From positions 16,995,629 to 17,059,628 of the forward strand of contig NC_092384.1 in the NCBI RefSeq assembly GCF_030028105.1: a stretch of DNA of 64,000 nt. Reading direction: 5' to 3'. The notes under the pieces were generated by a model. It saw nothing but the letters and a program-made list of their open reading frames with translations. It ran no database searches and was not told the DNA's origin. Both the position numbers and the translations under genes were made by a program. The stretch is from Mobula birostris (lineage: Eukaryota). Shown here piece after piece: positions 1-11,640 of the stretch (within the stretch, counting starts at the first letter, position 1; the number at the start of each line of letters is the position of its first letter).

Positions 1-1700
1 CTTATCATATGATTAAATGTTTTATGTGGCACCTTATCGAACACGTTCTGGAAATCCAGGTAAGTAACTTCCATCTGTTCCCCTCTATCCACTGCACTCG
101 TTACATCCTTACAGAACTCAGAAGTTTGTCAAACAGTACCTGCCTTTGCTGAATCCCTGCTGCGTCTGCGTGAAGGACCACCTCTTTAGTGATAACTATT
201 TTATCGAGTTCCTCACCTCCATCGCATCATTATCATCTGTCTTCCCTTTCTTTATTTCTCACTTAGTGGTTCGCTTTGTGCTTGCTTTTTAAAGTTTTCC
301 CAATCTTCCAGTTTTCCACTATTCTTGGCGATTCTGTACGCACGAGCTTTCAGTTTCATACCTTCCTTTATTTCCTTTGTTATCCATGGCTGGCTCTCCT
401 CACCCTTACCGTCCTTGCTTTTAACTGGAATATACTTTTATTGAGCACCATAAAAAATCTCTTTTAAAGTTTTCTACTGTTCCTCAACAGTCTCACCATA
501 TAGCGTGTGTTCCCAGTCTAACCTATCCTCCCCTCCTTCATCCCTTTTGCGCCCTCCATTTGTAGAAGAAAATCAGTCATGCTGTGATCACTCTTTCCAA
601 GACGATCCCTAAATACAAGATGCGTAATTGTAAATGTCTCATTGCAGAGGGCCAGATCCAAGACTGTCTCGACCAACGTGAGGGCCTCTTCAAGACTGTC
701 TCGACCAACGTGATTCATTTAATCAATGTGCAAGTTAAAGTCCCCCAGGAGAACAGCTATGCGATTCTTACATGTCTCAGATATTTCTCTGTTTATTACC
801 TCTGCCACTGTAGTTGTTAGTTCCCTCGGGATCAATAAAGTATATCTATCTATCTATTAAACGGTGGCCGATAATCAACTCCCGTGAGTGATTTTTCCCT
901 CTTTGGTATTGCTAATCTCCACCTAGATGGAGTTAGGATTCTGCACGTTAGATCTTATATCGTCTCTCACTATTGTCCTGATCTCGTCCTCAATATAGAA
1001 CGCTTCCCTACACACCTTAATCTCCTCCCTATCCTTCCACATTACCTGATATCCTTGGATATTGAATTCCCAATCCTCTCCACCCTGCAGCCCCGTCTCT
1101 GTAACGACCGCAATATCATATGCCTTTATGCTGATCTGTGCCACAAGTTCATTCACCATGTTACGAATACTACTGGCCTTCAGATACACTCACTGTGCCT
1201 ATAAAATCTAATAATCGTTGTCTCTTACGTACTTGGCCTTTCTGCACAGCACGCTTGTTTTTCTCTTTATTTAAAAATTTGCTTTTCCGTTAACTTTATC
1301 CACACTTTTCTCCTTTACATTATCTATACTTCTTCAATCTGTTGAACCCACCCCCAGCTATTTCTTTTAAAGCCCTATCCATAACTCCTATGCGATTCGC
1401 CAGGATCCAGGTCCCAACACGGTTCAGGTGTATCGCATCTGAATGGAACAACTCCCTCCTTCCTCAATATTGGTGCCAGTTTCCCATGGATTCAATCCCA
1501 TTTTTCCCATACCTATCCTTGACCCACCCATTTAGCTGTCTAATCTTCTCAACCCTGTATCAGTTTGTACGTGGCTCAGGTAGTAATCAAGAGATTACCA
1601 TCTGATTGGTTCTGCTTTTTAATTTAGTCCCTGGCTGCTCAAATTCCCTCAGCAGAACCCCTTTCCTCTTTCTACCTATGTCGTTGATACCCACATTTCC
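1..1700 (-). mobile_element. CR1-type LINE fragment (ORF1 esterase C-terminus, ORF2 APE endonuclease and linker), degenerate
   Basis: Minus ORF 923-1189 (YLKASSIRNMVNELVAQ..YDIAVVTETGLQGGEDWEFNIQGY) matches the CR1 ORF2 APE N-terminus; neighbouring sequence resembles the CR1 ORF1 end and linker; many stops. Confidence 0.8.
715..858 (+). mobile_element. 3' tail of a Rex/Babar- or L2-type LINE inserted in the CR1
   Basis: Ends in TTCCCTCGGGATCAATAAAGTA followed by (TATC)n, the same GGATCAATAA core as the Rex tails at ~40070 and ~51280. Confidence 0.5.
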
Positions 1701-1701
1701 T

Positions 1702-1900
1702 TCAGGTGTAAGACTGTAAATAATGTAAAAACAGTACACTCGTTAACTTTTTCCCGTTCCGAAAAAGATTACTTTTCACATTTTCTTTCTCGTGTTTGTA
1801 CAGCTGTGCAGGCATATTCTCATTCCGGGTGGAGCTTGCTTTAAATGCTTCCGGTCGTACCTTGTTCGATAATCTAGCTGAAGTTGGCAGGAATTTTGAG
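1702..1900 (-). mobile_element. Possible L1 ORF1 C-terminal fragment
   Basis: Minus translation ARLSNKVRPEAFK..AQLYKHE..VKSNLF loosely resembles the C-terminus of fish L1 ORF1. Confidence 0.35.
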
Positions 1901-1919
1901 CGTTTCGTGAGATGCCACA

Positions 1920-2770
1920 CAGGTGTAAATCACTTTGCACTGAGCAGGACCGGGACCCCTCCTTGGAAACAGGACGTAGGGCCGGAACTCATACACAGAA
2001 CGCTGAGAAACAGATCTCCACTCAAGGTAGCGGCAAACTGCCGGACCTATCCAGGGGATGCCAGGGCACAAAGAGACGGTTCCCAACACAAGGCAGCAGC
2101 AAACGGTCGGACCTTCCTAGCGAAGGCGTGGACACAGAGACAGTTCAAAACAAGGATAGACAGTTCCTTATCTTGTTCCAGCGGATTAACTTGGCAGCGG
2201 TGCAGGCGAAGGTTGCAGGCGAGGGTTACAGGCGTGGCGAGGCAAGGCGAGGCAAGGCTTCAGACACTAGTTGCAGGGCAAGGCTACAGTAATTAGTTGC
2301 AGGGCAAGGTTTCAGACACAATGCGAATAATTTTTTTTAGTCAGAGGGTGCTTAATCTATAGATTTTGTTGCCACGGGCAGCAGTGGAGGTCAAGTCATT
2401 GGGTGTATTTAAGGCAGAGATTGATAGGTATCTGAGTAGCCAGGGCATCAAAGGTTATGGTGAGAAGGCGGGGCAGTGGGACAAAATGGGAGAATGGATC
2501 AGCTCATGATAAAATGGCGGAGAAGACTCAATGGGCCGAATGGCCGGCTTCCGCTCCTTTGTCTTATGGTCTTATGCAAGTCTCCAGGAGGACGGGGCCG
2601 AGAAGGGACTCAGACAGGGGGTTTGACGGGAACAATCCAGCAACTGAAGCTGAACCAAGGAGCTATTTATGTAGCCTGCCCAAAATGTCAATCAGCTGCC
2701 TCAATTAGAACACGCAACACAAAAAGGGAAACCAGAAAATTCGGACTTCACGGACCGGACCATAACATGG
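1920..2770 (-). mobile_element. LTR-type (Gypsy-like) LTR remnant interrupted by a CR1 3' fragment
   Basis: Ends in TTCACGGACCGGACCATAACA, matching the terminus of the solo LTR at 58503-59844; short GCAGGGCAAGG-type repeats; CR1 tail nested at ~2312-2578. Confidence 0.6.
2312..2578 (+). mobile_element. CR1 3' end fragment
   Basis: Nearly identical to the CR1 3' end at 8800-9108, including the (ATGGTCTT)n tail. Confidence 0.85.
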
Positions 2771-3049
2771 AGTCTCTAGACGACCCTGGGTTGAGCTAGA
2801 AGAAACGTCTAACCGTGGGGGATAGTCCCTCCTATCTGTCAGTTGAGGGCCCCCGCTGCAGTACCTATAAAAGTAAGTAAAAATATCTATGACCATTACA
2901 CAGAAGTGATTTCCCTGTGTATTCCTCCCATGTATATTCATTTAGGCAGGGAAAAAGGAGTGAATGAATGAATGAATTAATTTAAAATTCAATTAATATG
3001 AATTATTATAAAATCCACATTATAATACATATTTCTTGAGATAGGTATT

Positions 3050-4245
3050 TCACCCTCTATTTTTGCTTCCGTTTAGATTATCAACACTTTTAAAGTTAGG
3101 CAAATCTTATGGCTCTTCTGGAGGAGGTGAGACCTGTCTTCGGAGAATTCACAGTCTCTTCCTAATAACCCTCTCTCGTTCTCCTCCCATCCCCTGCTGT
3201 CTCGGTTTTCTTACTGTTTCCCAAGCTGATCGGGATAACTGCTCAGCCAGGCTTTCCCTCGGTCTGACCATGCTAATGGGCAGCCCTCTGTCCTTCATGT
3301 CTGTAGTCACCTCTTCCACTGTCTGGTACAGCTGTCTCCCTCCTTCGTAAAACATCCTCAGTTTAGCAGTGTGCGGGGTTTGGAATTTAATCTTTTCTTG
3401 CTTTAATATTCGTTTCGCTTCGGAATATTCTTTTCGTTTCTGTAGGACCGCCGGGGGTAATCTTGATCGAAGTACATTAACTTCCCGTTCCTAAACACCC
3501 TCTTCTTACCCCAGGCCCTTCATAGAATCTCCGCCATGCTCTTAAATCGAAGGAATCTATGTACTATTGAGCGCGGCGTACTTTCTCTGTCTTCGGGAGG
3601 CCTCGGGACGAGCGCACCATGCGCCCTCTGAATTTCAATCTCCATAGTCGGGGGAATCTCCAGCGCATCCCGCAGCAACTTTTCTACAAACTTCATCATC
3701 GACACCCTCTCCGCTCCTTCGGGAACATTATAAATCCTGATCTTTATTCGTCGGGATTTTCCCTCCTGGTCAAGCAATTTACTCTCCTGTTGATTTAATA
3801 TCTTTATCGTCTTACTTAGTATCTGTTCCACGATTTGCACGTGATCTTCCACCTTCTCAATTCTTGTCTCTGCCATCGCTATTTTCTGATTGACGTTGGC
3901 GAACACTGACTTTATATCACTTAGTTACTGTTTTATATCTTTTTGGACTTCCCTTATCTCTTCCAAAATCCTTACCATATTTGCCGCTTCGCCTGAACGA
4001 GGCGCAGCGGCAGCTTCGCCACCACGCGCATGTGCAGGACAGCCGCTCGTTGCACCGCTCTCTTCCGTAGGCTCCGCAGTGATGCTTTTTCAAATATCCA
4101 TTCTTTTTCCCCATTTTTGCCCCCCTTATCAATTCAAATATTTTCGGAAGGTTTTATATTTGATGGATGAATGGGGCATAATATGCGTTTTTCCAGAGGA
4201 GCTATTGATTTAAGGTGCAATTCTGGAAAATGACATCACCGGAAC
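3050..4245 (-). mobile_element. L1 (fish-type) 5' end and ORF1, frameshifted
   Basis: ORF 3520-3906 shows a coiled coil followed by LLDQEGKSRRIKIRIYNVPEGAE..EIEIQRAHGALVPRP..PRSIVHRFLRF, the L1 ORF1 RRM signature. Confidence 0.88.
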
Positions 4246-4249
4246 CCTC

Positions 4250-5555
4250 GATATTCCTTTTTCTTGACACATAAATACCAAAGATGAGACTACTGTGATT
4301 AGATCCCCATGAATCACTCTCTGTTCTCCAATAGTCCATTCTTCATTGCGTGTAAGAATGGAGCAGTAACTTGGACCGATTACTAAGCACTTAAAAATAA
4401 GTTTGGTGGTAAAAATTGCCTCGTTTGAGCAGGGTTGGGATTGTCGTTGCAGCTCTTAGGTGACAATGGAATTAGACTGCCGAAACAATTTTAGTTTTAA
4501 ATGCTTTAAAGATAAACCCTACATCTCTATATTTTCACCAGCATATAGTTGTTCAACGTTAACTGCAGCAGAAAAGCAGAGGAAAGTACAAGACATTTTG
4601 TTTTTTTTATAACTTTAAATTATTATTTTTTTATTTCAAATGCTTGAATACATGGCAATCTCAGAAAAAAAATCAAGACGTTTTTAAATGTCAAGCACAA
4701 CCCTGGTTAGGCCAAAGGATTGACTGTAAATCTAGGTTTCTAACTTGTGAGACAATTTTGTCCACCGGTCGAGATAATCCTTTATAATATCGCGTCTTTA
4801 AAAGTCTCTGCCTTCATTACAAACATTTTCAACAAGGTTCTTTCAGGATAAATGTTTCACCTGAATGTTCATTATTCTTTAACAGATCATAGGGAGCTGC
4901 ATTGGAGTTAGTTGACTGTAAAATTAAAGCTACCGCTGGATACCAGCGTGTGGAAGTCACAGGAAACACTAGGCAAACGAGGCAGCGTCGGCTGAGAGAA
5001 ATTGTGTGAACACTTCAGGTTGATAATTTTTCACTAGGTAATGAAGAGAAATGATTTGTACTTTGCACTTTTTATAGATGTTCCCGATGTTTTCTGCCTA
5101 ATTTCGGATTGCAAACATCTGCAATGCTGTTTTCCATTAATGACACTGCTTTCTAATTAATGATGTAACTTGATATGAGTCGAACACATAGCAGCATGAC
5201 CTTGCTTCCCCTTTCATTCAAAAGTTTCGTGGAAAACTTTAGATCAAGAGGCAACTCTCGACATTGTCATTTCATGTAATATTATCTGCCTGTTCCTTGT
5301 TCCCTTAACAGTGTTTTTAATATAACAACCGACCAGTACAGCACAGGAATAGGAGCTTCGGTGAAGCTGTTCGTCGCGAACACGACGTCAAATTGAACTA
5401 AATATCTACGAGCTGCGGTCCCTCATTTAATAAATCAGAAAAGAGAATGCTTCCCCCGAAATCGGTTTAATCTGCAAAGTAATTCAATGCTCTCAGAGAA
5501 TGAATCACATATATATATCAGCTATTTAGCTGTTTTTAACAATTTTTTCGTACTA
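4250..5555 (-). repeat. Inverted paralogous copy of the receptor gene's upstream flank
   Basis: The reverse complement aligns by eye to ~13870-14845 (e.g. GAAGAATGGACTA(T/A)TGGAGAACAGAGAGTG, CTAATCACAGTA..CTCATCTTTGGTATTTA) and to ~36040-37200. Confidence 0.85.
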
Positions 5556-7510
5556 TTAAAGGGACAAAGCATAAATTGACCTGTTACGTGGATGACATTT
5601 CAATCTGTCTGGGGCAACTAACATACTCTTTACCTAAATTGATGCAATCCTTTGAAAAATATGGCCAATTATCAGGATGCAAGATCAACGTAGATAAAAT
5701 CCGACTACCTTCATATAACTATAGCCCACCAAGAGAAACTGAAAGTCAACATCCTTCGGCATGGCAAACACATTCCGTCAAAAATTTTTGGGCATCATTA
5801 TGCCAAAAGATTTGGCAAAAGTATCAGAATGCAATTATCAGCCTATATATAAAAAATTAAGGAAGATATAAAACGATGGAACCTAATTCCTTTTCTTGGT
5901 CTCAGGTCACGGTTTGAATCTTTTAAAATGAATATACTACCCAGACTATTATATCTCTTTCAGACCCTGGCAATTAAGATTAACAAAAATCAATGCAATG
6001 AATGGAACAAGATGCTATGAATTATATATATGGCAAGGTACAGAGGCCTAGGGTTCGTCTCAAAACTTTGCAATTAGCCAAGGAAAAGGGGGAATGGGGC
6101 CTACCTTCTCTTAGAGATTATTATTTTGCAGCATGGTTGAGAGCCGTGATATGCTGGTGCAACCCATCATATGGTGCTCAATGGAAAAACATTCAGGAGA
6201 GGATACTTTCCATCCCCATACAGGCTACTTTGGCTGATAATAACCTACAAAGTTACATAAATAATATTGACAACCCGTGGGTGAAATAGATTCTTAAAAT
6301 ATGGAAAACTATTATAAAAGAATGTAAACGAGAGACATTGCAATTCTTAAATGGTGTGCATATGACTGGGGTTTTATACCGAATAAACTGGATGCTAGAT
6401 TTGGGGACTGGACAGCTAAAGGAATAACAGCGATTTTGCAATATAATGAAATAAGGAACACTGTTCAGTTTTGAAATGCTCATAGAGAAACACTTATTAG
6501 AAAAACAAGACTTTTCCCGGTATTTGCAAATGCGACAGTATGTTAATAGGAAGGGTAAAAATGTATCCAAGGCAAGTACGTGTCTGATAGAGCTATTTAG
6601 AAAAGGGTATAATTCAGACAACGGCAGTAGAATAATTTCAAGCGTTTATATGGGTTTGTCAAATCTTAAAACGCATTCGACTTCATACATTAAAACAAAA
6701 TGGGAGAAGGAAGGAGCGATAGTAATATGTGAGGGAAACTGGGCAATAATATGGAGGTATCAATGGAAGTATACCAGTTCACAGAAATGGAGGGAGTTCA
6801 GGTAGAAAAACTTGATAAGATATTTTATTACAACATCTCAGAAATCCCATTTTGATAGTAACCCCCCTGCATGCTGGAGAAATTGTGAAAATCAAAATGC
6901 AATCCATTATCATATTTTCTGGGAATGCCCCGTTATCAAAGACTATTGGAGTGGGATACATAATGCCCTACAAGTCATCTTTAAAAGTGAAATACCCTTA
7001 GATAGTAAGACCATTTCTTTTGGGTAGATACCTCAAGAACGGTTAAAAAGAGATAAATGTTTAATGAATGTGCTGCTGGTGGTCGGTAAAAAGACCCTTA
7101 CCAGGAAATGGTTATTTCAGGAGAATACAACTTTAAATGTACGGATGAAAATTACAATGGGCGTTTATAAAATGGAGAAGATAACAACATCTGTTAATCA
7201 TAAGTTGGAACAATGTTATTCATACTGGAAAAAGCGGTTTAACTACATAACACCTCATAGGCCTGATTTTATTCTCACAAGTCAATGAATATGTTGTAAA
7301 AAAAAAATCACTCCCTACTCTGTACATAGTTTTCTTCCTTCGATTGTTCTTTCTTTCCTCTCCTTTCTATAAGTGTATACCTCAGATAAATATTATGTGG
7401 AGATTTCTGACAATTATGATTATATGATATATATGTACAGTATCTGAAATACATCTTATGGAAATGTTTGTTTGATGATGAAATTCATTAAAAATAAATT
7501 ACAAAATAAA
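5555..7510 (+). mobile_element. L1 ORF2 3' half (RT C-terminus, C-terminal Zn-knuckle region) with 3'UTR and A-rich tail
   Basis: CYVDD (YADD-like) at ~5580, LQLAKEKGEWGLPSLRDYY, CWRNCENQNAIHYHIFWECP; A-rich end near 7500; multiple frameshifts. Confidence 0.9.
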
Positions 7511-7711
7511 GATTAACACTACCTAGGACAGAAGGGGTAAGAGGAATAAGATTCATAAAAAACTTTGTACAACATTTAGATAACACTTCTAAGGATATAC
7601 CTCCATCAATGAAAACAGGTTTCAGCGTTCCAGGCGAGCAGGTGCAATTCTGATATGAAGAACACACCAATAAACTGAATTTAAAGCACAAACCAGAAAA
7701 ATGAAGAAATT

Positions 7712-9108
7712 AGCTTGACATCGGTGGTTGGGATGTTGTTGGAGTCGATTGTGTAGGATGAGGTTACAGAATACCTGGAGGCATATGACAGAATAGGCAG
7801 AACTGAGCATAGATTCCCTAAAGGAAAATCCTGCCTGACAAACCTATTTCAATTTTTTGAGGAAATCATCAGTAGGCTAGACAAGGCAGATGCAGTGGAT
7901 GTTGTATATTTGGATTTTCAGAAGGCCTTTGACAAAGTGCCACACATGAGGCTGCTTAACAAGATAAGAGCCCATGGAATTACGGGAAAGTTACATACGT
8001 GGATAGAGCGTTGGCTGATTGGCAGGAAACAGAGAGTGGGAATAAAGGGATCCTATTCTGGTTGGCTACGGGTTACCAGTGGTGTTCCACAGGGGTCCAT
8101 GTTTGGGCCGCTTCTTTTTACATTGTCCATCAACGATTTGGGTTATGGAATAGATGGCTTTGTGGCTAAGTTTGCTGACGATACGAAGATAGGTGGAGGG
8201 GCCGGTAGTGCTGAGGAAACGGAGAGTCCACAGAGAGACTTGGATAGATTGGAAGAATAGGCAGAGAAGTGGCAAATGAAGTACAATGTTGGAAAGTGTA
8301 TGGTTATGCACTTTGGCAGAAAAAATAAACGGGCAGACTATTACTTAAATGGGGAAAGATTTCAAAGTTAGGAGATGCAACGGGACTTGGGAGTCCTGGT
8401 ACAGGATACCCTTAAAGCTAACCTCCAGGTTCAGTCAGTAGTGAAGAAGGCGAATGCAATGTTGGCATTCATTTCTAAAGGAATGGAGTATAGGAGCGGG
8501 GATGTGATGTTGAGGCTCTATAAGGCGCTGGTAAGTCCTCACTTGGAGTACTGTGGGCAGTTTTGGTCTCCTTATTTAAGAAAGGCTGTGCTAACGTTGG
8601 AGAGGGTACAAAGAAGATTCACTAGAATGATTCCGGGAATGAGAGGGTTAACATATGAGGAACGTTTGTCCGCTCTTGGACTGTATTGCTTGGAGTTTGG
8701 AAGAATGAGGGGAGACCTTATAGAAACATTTCGAATGTTAAAAGGCATGGACAGAGTGGATGTGGCAAAGTTATTTCCCATGATGGGGGAGTCTAGCACG
8801 AGAGGGCATGACTTAAGGATTGATGGGCGCCCATTCAGAACAGAAATGCGAAGAAATTTTTCTAGTCAGAGGGTGGTGAATCTACGGAATTTCTTGCCAC
8901 AGGCAGCAGTGGAGGCCAATTCATTGGGTGTATTTAAGGCAGAGATTGATAGGTATCTGAGCAGCCAGTGCATCAAAGGTTATGGTTAGAAGGCGGGGGA
9001 GTGGGACTAAATGGGAGAATGGATCAGCTCATGATAAAATGGTGGAGCACACTCGATGGGCCAAATGGCCGACTTCTGCTCCTTTGTCTTATGGTCTTAT
9101 GGTCTTAT
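7712..9108 (+). mobile_element. CR1 LINE, 5'-truncated (RT domain to 3' tail)
   Basis: ORF 7895-8260 (DVVYLDFQKAFDKVPH..SGVPQGS..FADDTK) and ORF 8375-8989; (ATGGTCTT)n tail. Confidence 0.95.
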
Positions 9109-9951
9109 TATCACTCTAGAAGAAAGAAAAACTTAACCAATGGAAGAATATGACTGTCCTTGGAGACATTCCCAGGATCTGGGCAGATCAGATGTCATCA
9201 AGGAAGCGTCGAACGCTTGGCTCAGATAGGCAGACCTCTTCAGAGAACAAAGTGGTTCCTCGTGACAATACATGACCAGGTGGTTAACACAAAAAGTACC
9301 AAAAATACAGAGTAAGAAAATCAAGAAAGGTAAGACTATTCATGTAGAAAATGCCAAGGGAAACCAGAAACAATCCAACATATTACAGGATCTTGCAGCA
9401 GTTGAAGTCAATCCGATTACTTACACGGGATAACCAAACGGAAAACATTCTTTACCAACATCTTGCTTTAAATTTCAAACTCAGAAGTGTAACCGTACTT
9501 ATGATAAATACAAGTCTGGTTCAGTTTTATAGTCAGAGTCGCACAACCTATATTACCACTAATTCATTATTACCGATGGGACAATTTATAATAACCTTCC
9601 ACATGTAAATATTACAGGATAAACAAACAAAAATAATTTACTTAATAGATATAGCCAGTCCAAACACACACAATGTACAGAAATCAATGACTAAAAATCA
9701 CCTGAAATTAAAAGAGAAAATGAAAAGACCATGGAACATGAACAGGGTATACCTTGTCCCAATAGTGATATCTACAACTGATATCATCCCAAAGTCCTTA
9801 CACAAAAGCATTAAACAATTAGGTGGACACAGCAGTATTTACAGAAATCTCCAGAAAGCCACAATACTAAACATCAGTCTGAAATTTGCTAGCAGTTGAG
9901 AAATAAGCTTGCTTGGCTATGCTCATACTTCAGGCTTTAGCAGCTCGAAAA

Positions 9952-10002
9952 AATAATAATAATAATATAATAATAATAACAATAATAATAATAATAATAA
10001 TA
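9952..10002 (+). repeat. (TAA)n microsatellite / Dong tail
   Basis: Direct reading of the AAT repeat run. Confidence 0.9.
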
Positions 10003-11524
10003 CTTTGCATGAGCTTTGCGATTGTAACTTTCAAGCATTGGGGCACCTGAATGAAGGTAGGTCCTGAGCCCTGGACGATAGGTCACGAGGACATGCCCCA
10101 TACGACACCACGTAGTTTTGGAGGAACGTAAGTTAATGCAAGATGAGTGAAAAAGTGTATAGTCAACAATGGATGCATTAGTATGAAGATGGTAATGTTA
10201 CAGAAATCTAGATGTGTGGACATGCTGTGTCTTAGCAAATAAAGTACTTTGATAATTCAGAAAAATTCGGGTCACTGTCACCAATGTGCGACGATTAGTC
10301 GACGTTCCTTGCTATTGTTCTGGGAAAGCAATCCGATGGAACAGTTTCAAGCAGAGTATTGCAGTCCGAGTAGATAGAGAAGAAATGGCTGCCTTTGTGC
10401 TTCCTTGTGCACTCCTGGGCGAGAGGAAATTACTGGGGGACTATATATGCGTGCCAATGTGGATGACTAAATCTAAGAGTTGGCCTACATCACTGAGTGA
10501 CTGGTTATGATTTGTGTATGCGACCCGCTTATCTGAAATCCACACTCTCACCGACCAACTCTTCCGTTTAGTGAAACAGTAAACGGATTTAATAATTGTC
10601 ATCAATCCTTCCACTTCTCTCTGTGCTTTTGTTCCACCAGATTCTATCCCCTTTTTCAGGCCCACCCGGGAGCTATAAGTATACCTCGGCTGATTGCCGT
10701 ATACCCCATGCACCCCATGCTCTAACCGCAATGATCCTTTCTTTTCCACAGTGAACAATGCCGAACCTTAACCATGGAATTCAGTGTTTTTCTTCTCTTT
10801 TGTACTCCTTTTGCTAACCTAACTCTTTTGTTTGTTTAACAGCTCACTCACGAGTCATATTATCTGAAGTGCTCAGAAACAGAGCTTGTTTAAAATGATT
10901 CTTTTTGCTGTGCTCCTTCAAGATATGGTAACGATTTTAAAACTGTATCTAAATAAACGCTCATGCCGCATGTTTAGAACCTATTCTGTGCGTGTGTGTG
11001 TGCAGTTGTGTTTTCCATTGTTCTGATTTGATGGAAGTGTAAATCCTTTGTCGAAAGAGGCACATATTCTGCATGTGAAACGCGATTTTACATCCTCAAG
11101 TGCGAACTTTTCTACATTTGCAATGACAAGATGCACCCAGTGCAGATGTATTTGCTAAACGAGACAGAACACACAGCAAAGTAACTGCACTCGCGGTTAT
11201 CTAGTTTCATCGTGGAAACTCCATGCGGTCAGAAGTTTCACCGCCTCCGGCGAGTAATTTGCAGATGATCACGTTATCATGTTTAACGCATAAATGAAAA
11301 GTAAGAAAGTTAATTTAAGTAAATTACGTCTAAGGCTATTTCTGAAAAGTATGTGTTTCTGTACTCACGATATGTCATTCAAAAAGAACAAACATTCATC
11401 AATCATTTTATATCAGTTAAAAACCTGTTTCAAATATTCAAATATTTTTCTGAGAACATGGGTTAATTGCAATGTGTGATCCTAGGCATGATAAAGTGTA
11501 TAAACAGACTATATTCTGCTGATT

Positions 11525-11640
11525 CGGAGAATCCAGAGATACAGTACACCAAATACTGAAGCAACTCAGCACTTTAGGCAGCATCTATGGAAATGAATAA
11601 ACAGTCGACGTTTCAGGACGAGACCGTTCTTCAGAACACG
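11525..11640 (+). mobile_element. Penelope-terminal-derived short repeat
   Basis: GCAGCATCTATGGAAATGAATAAACAGTCGACGTTTCAGG..GAGACC matches the Penelope terminal sequence seen at 47390-47450; other copies at ~13030-13190, 19290-19380, 33600-33690, 60840-60950 and 63900-64000. Confidence 0.7.

Larger units (their letters stand above)
7515..10002 (+). mobile_element. R4/Dong-clade non-LTR retrotransposon (restriction-like endonuclease) 3' part, split by a CR1 insertion
   Basis: LPRTEG.RGI at ~7520; after the CR1, KEASNAWL, an ETIQHITGSC-type CCHC region, and VYLVPIVISTTDIIPKSLH..LQKATILN; ends in a (TAA)n tail. Confidence 0.75.

Noticed and set aside
3050-7510. Opposite-strand L1 ORF1 and ORF2 pieces as a twin-priming 5' inversion
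   Set aside because: They are separated by 1.3 kb of host duplicated DNA and the L1 coordinates are not adjacent (EN and RT N-terminus missing); two independent insertions fit better.
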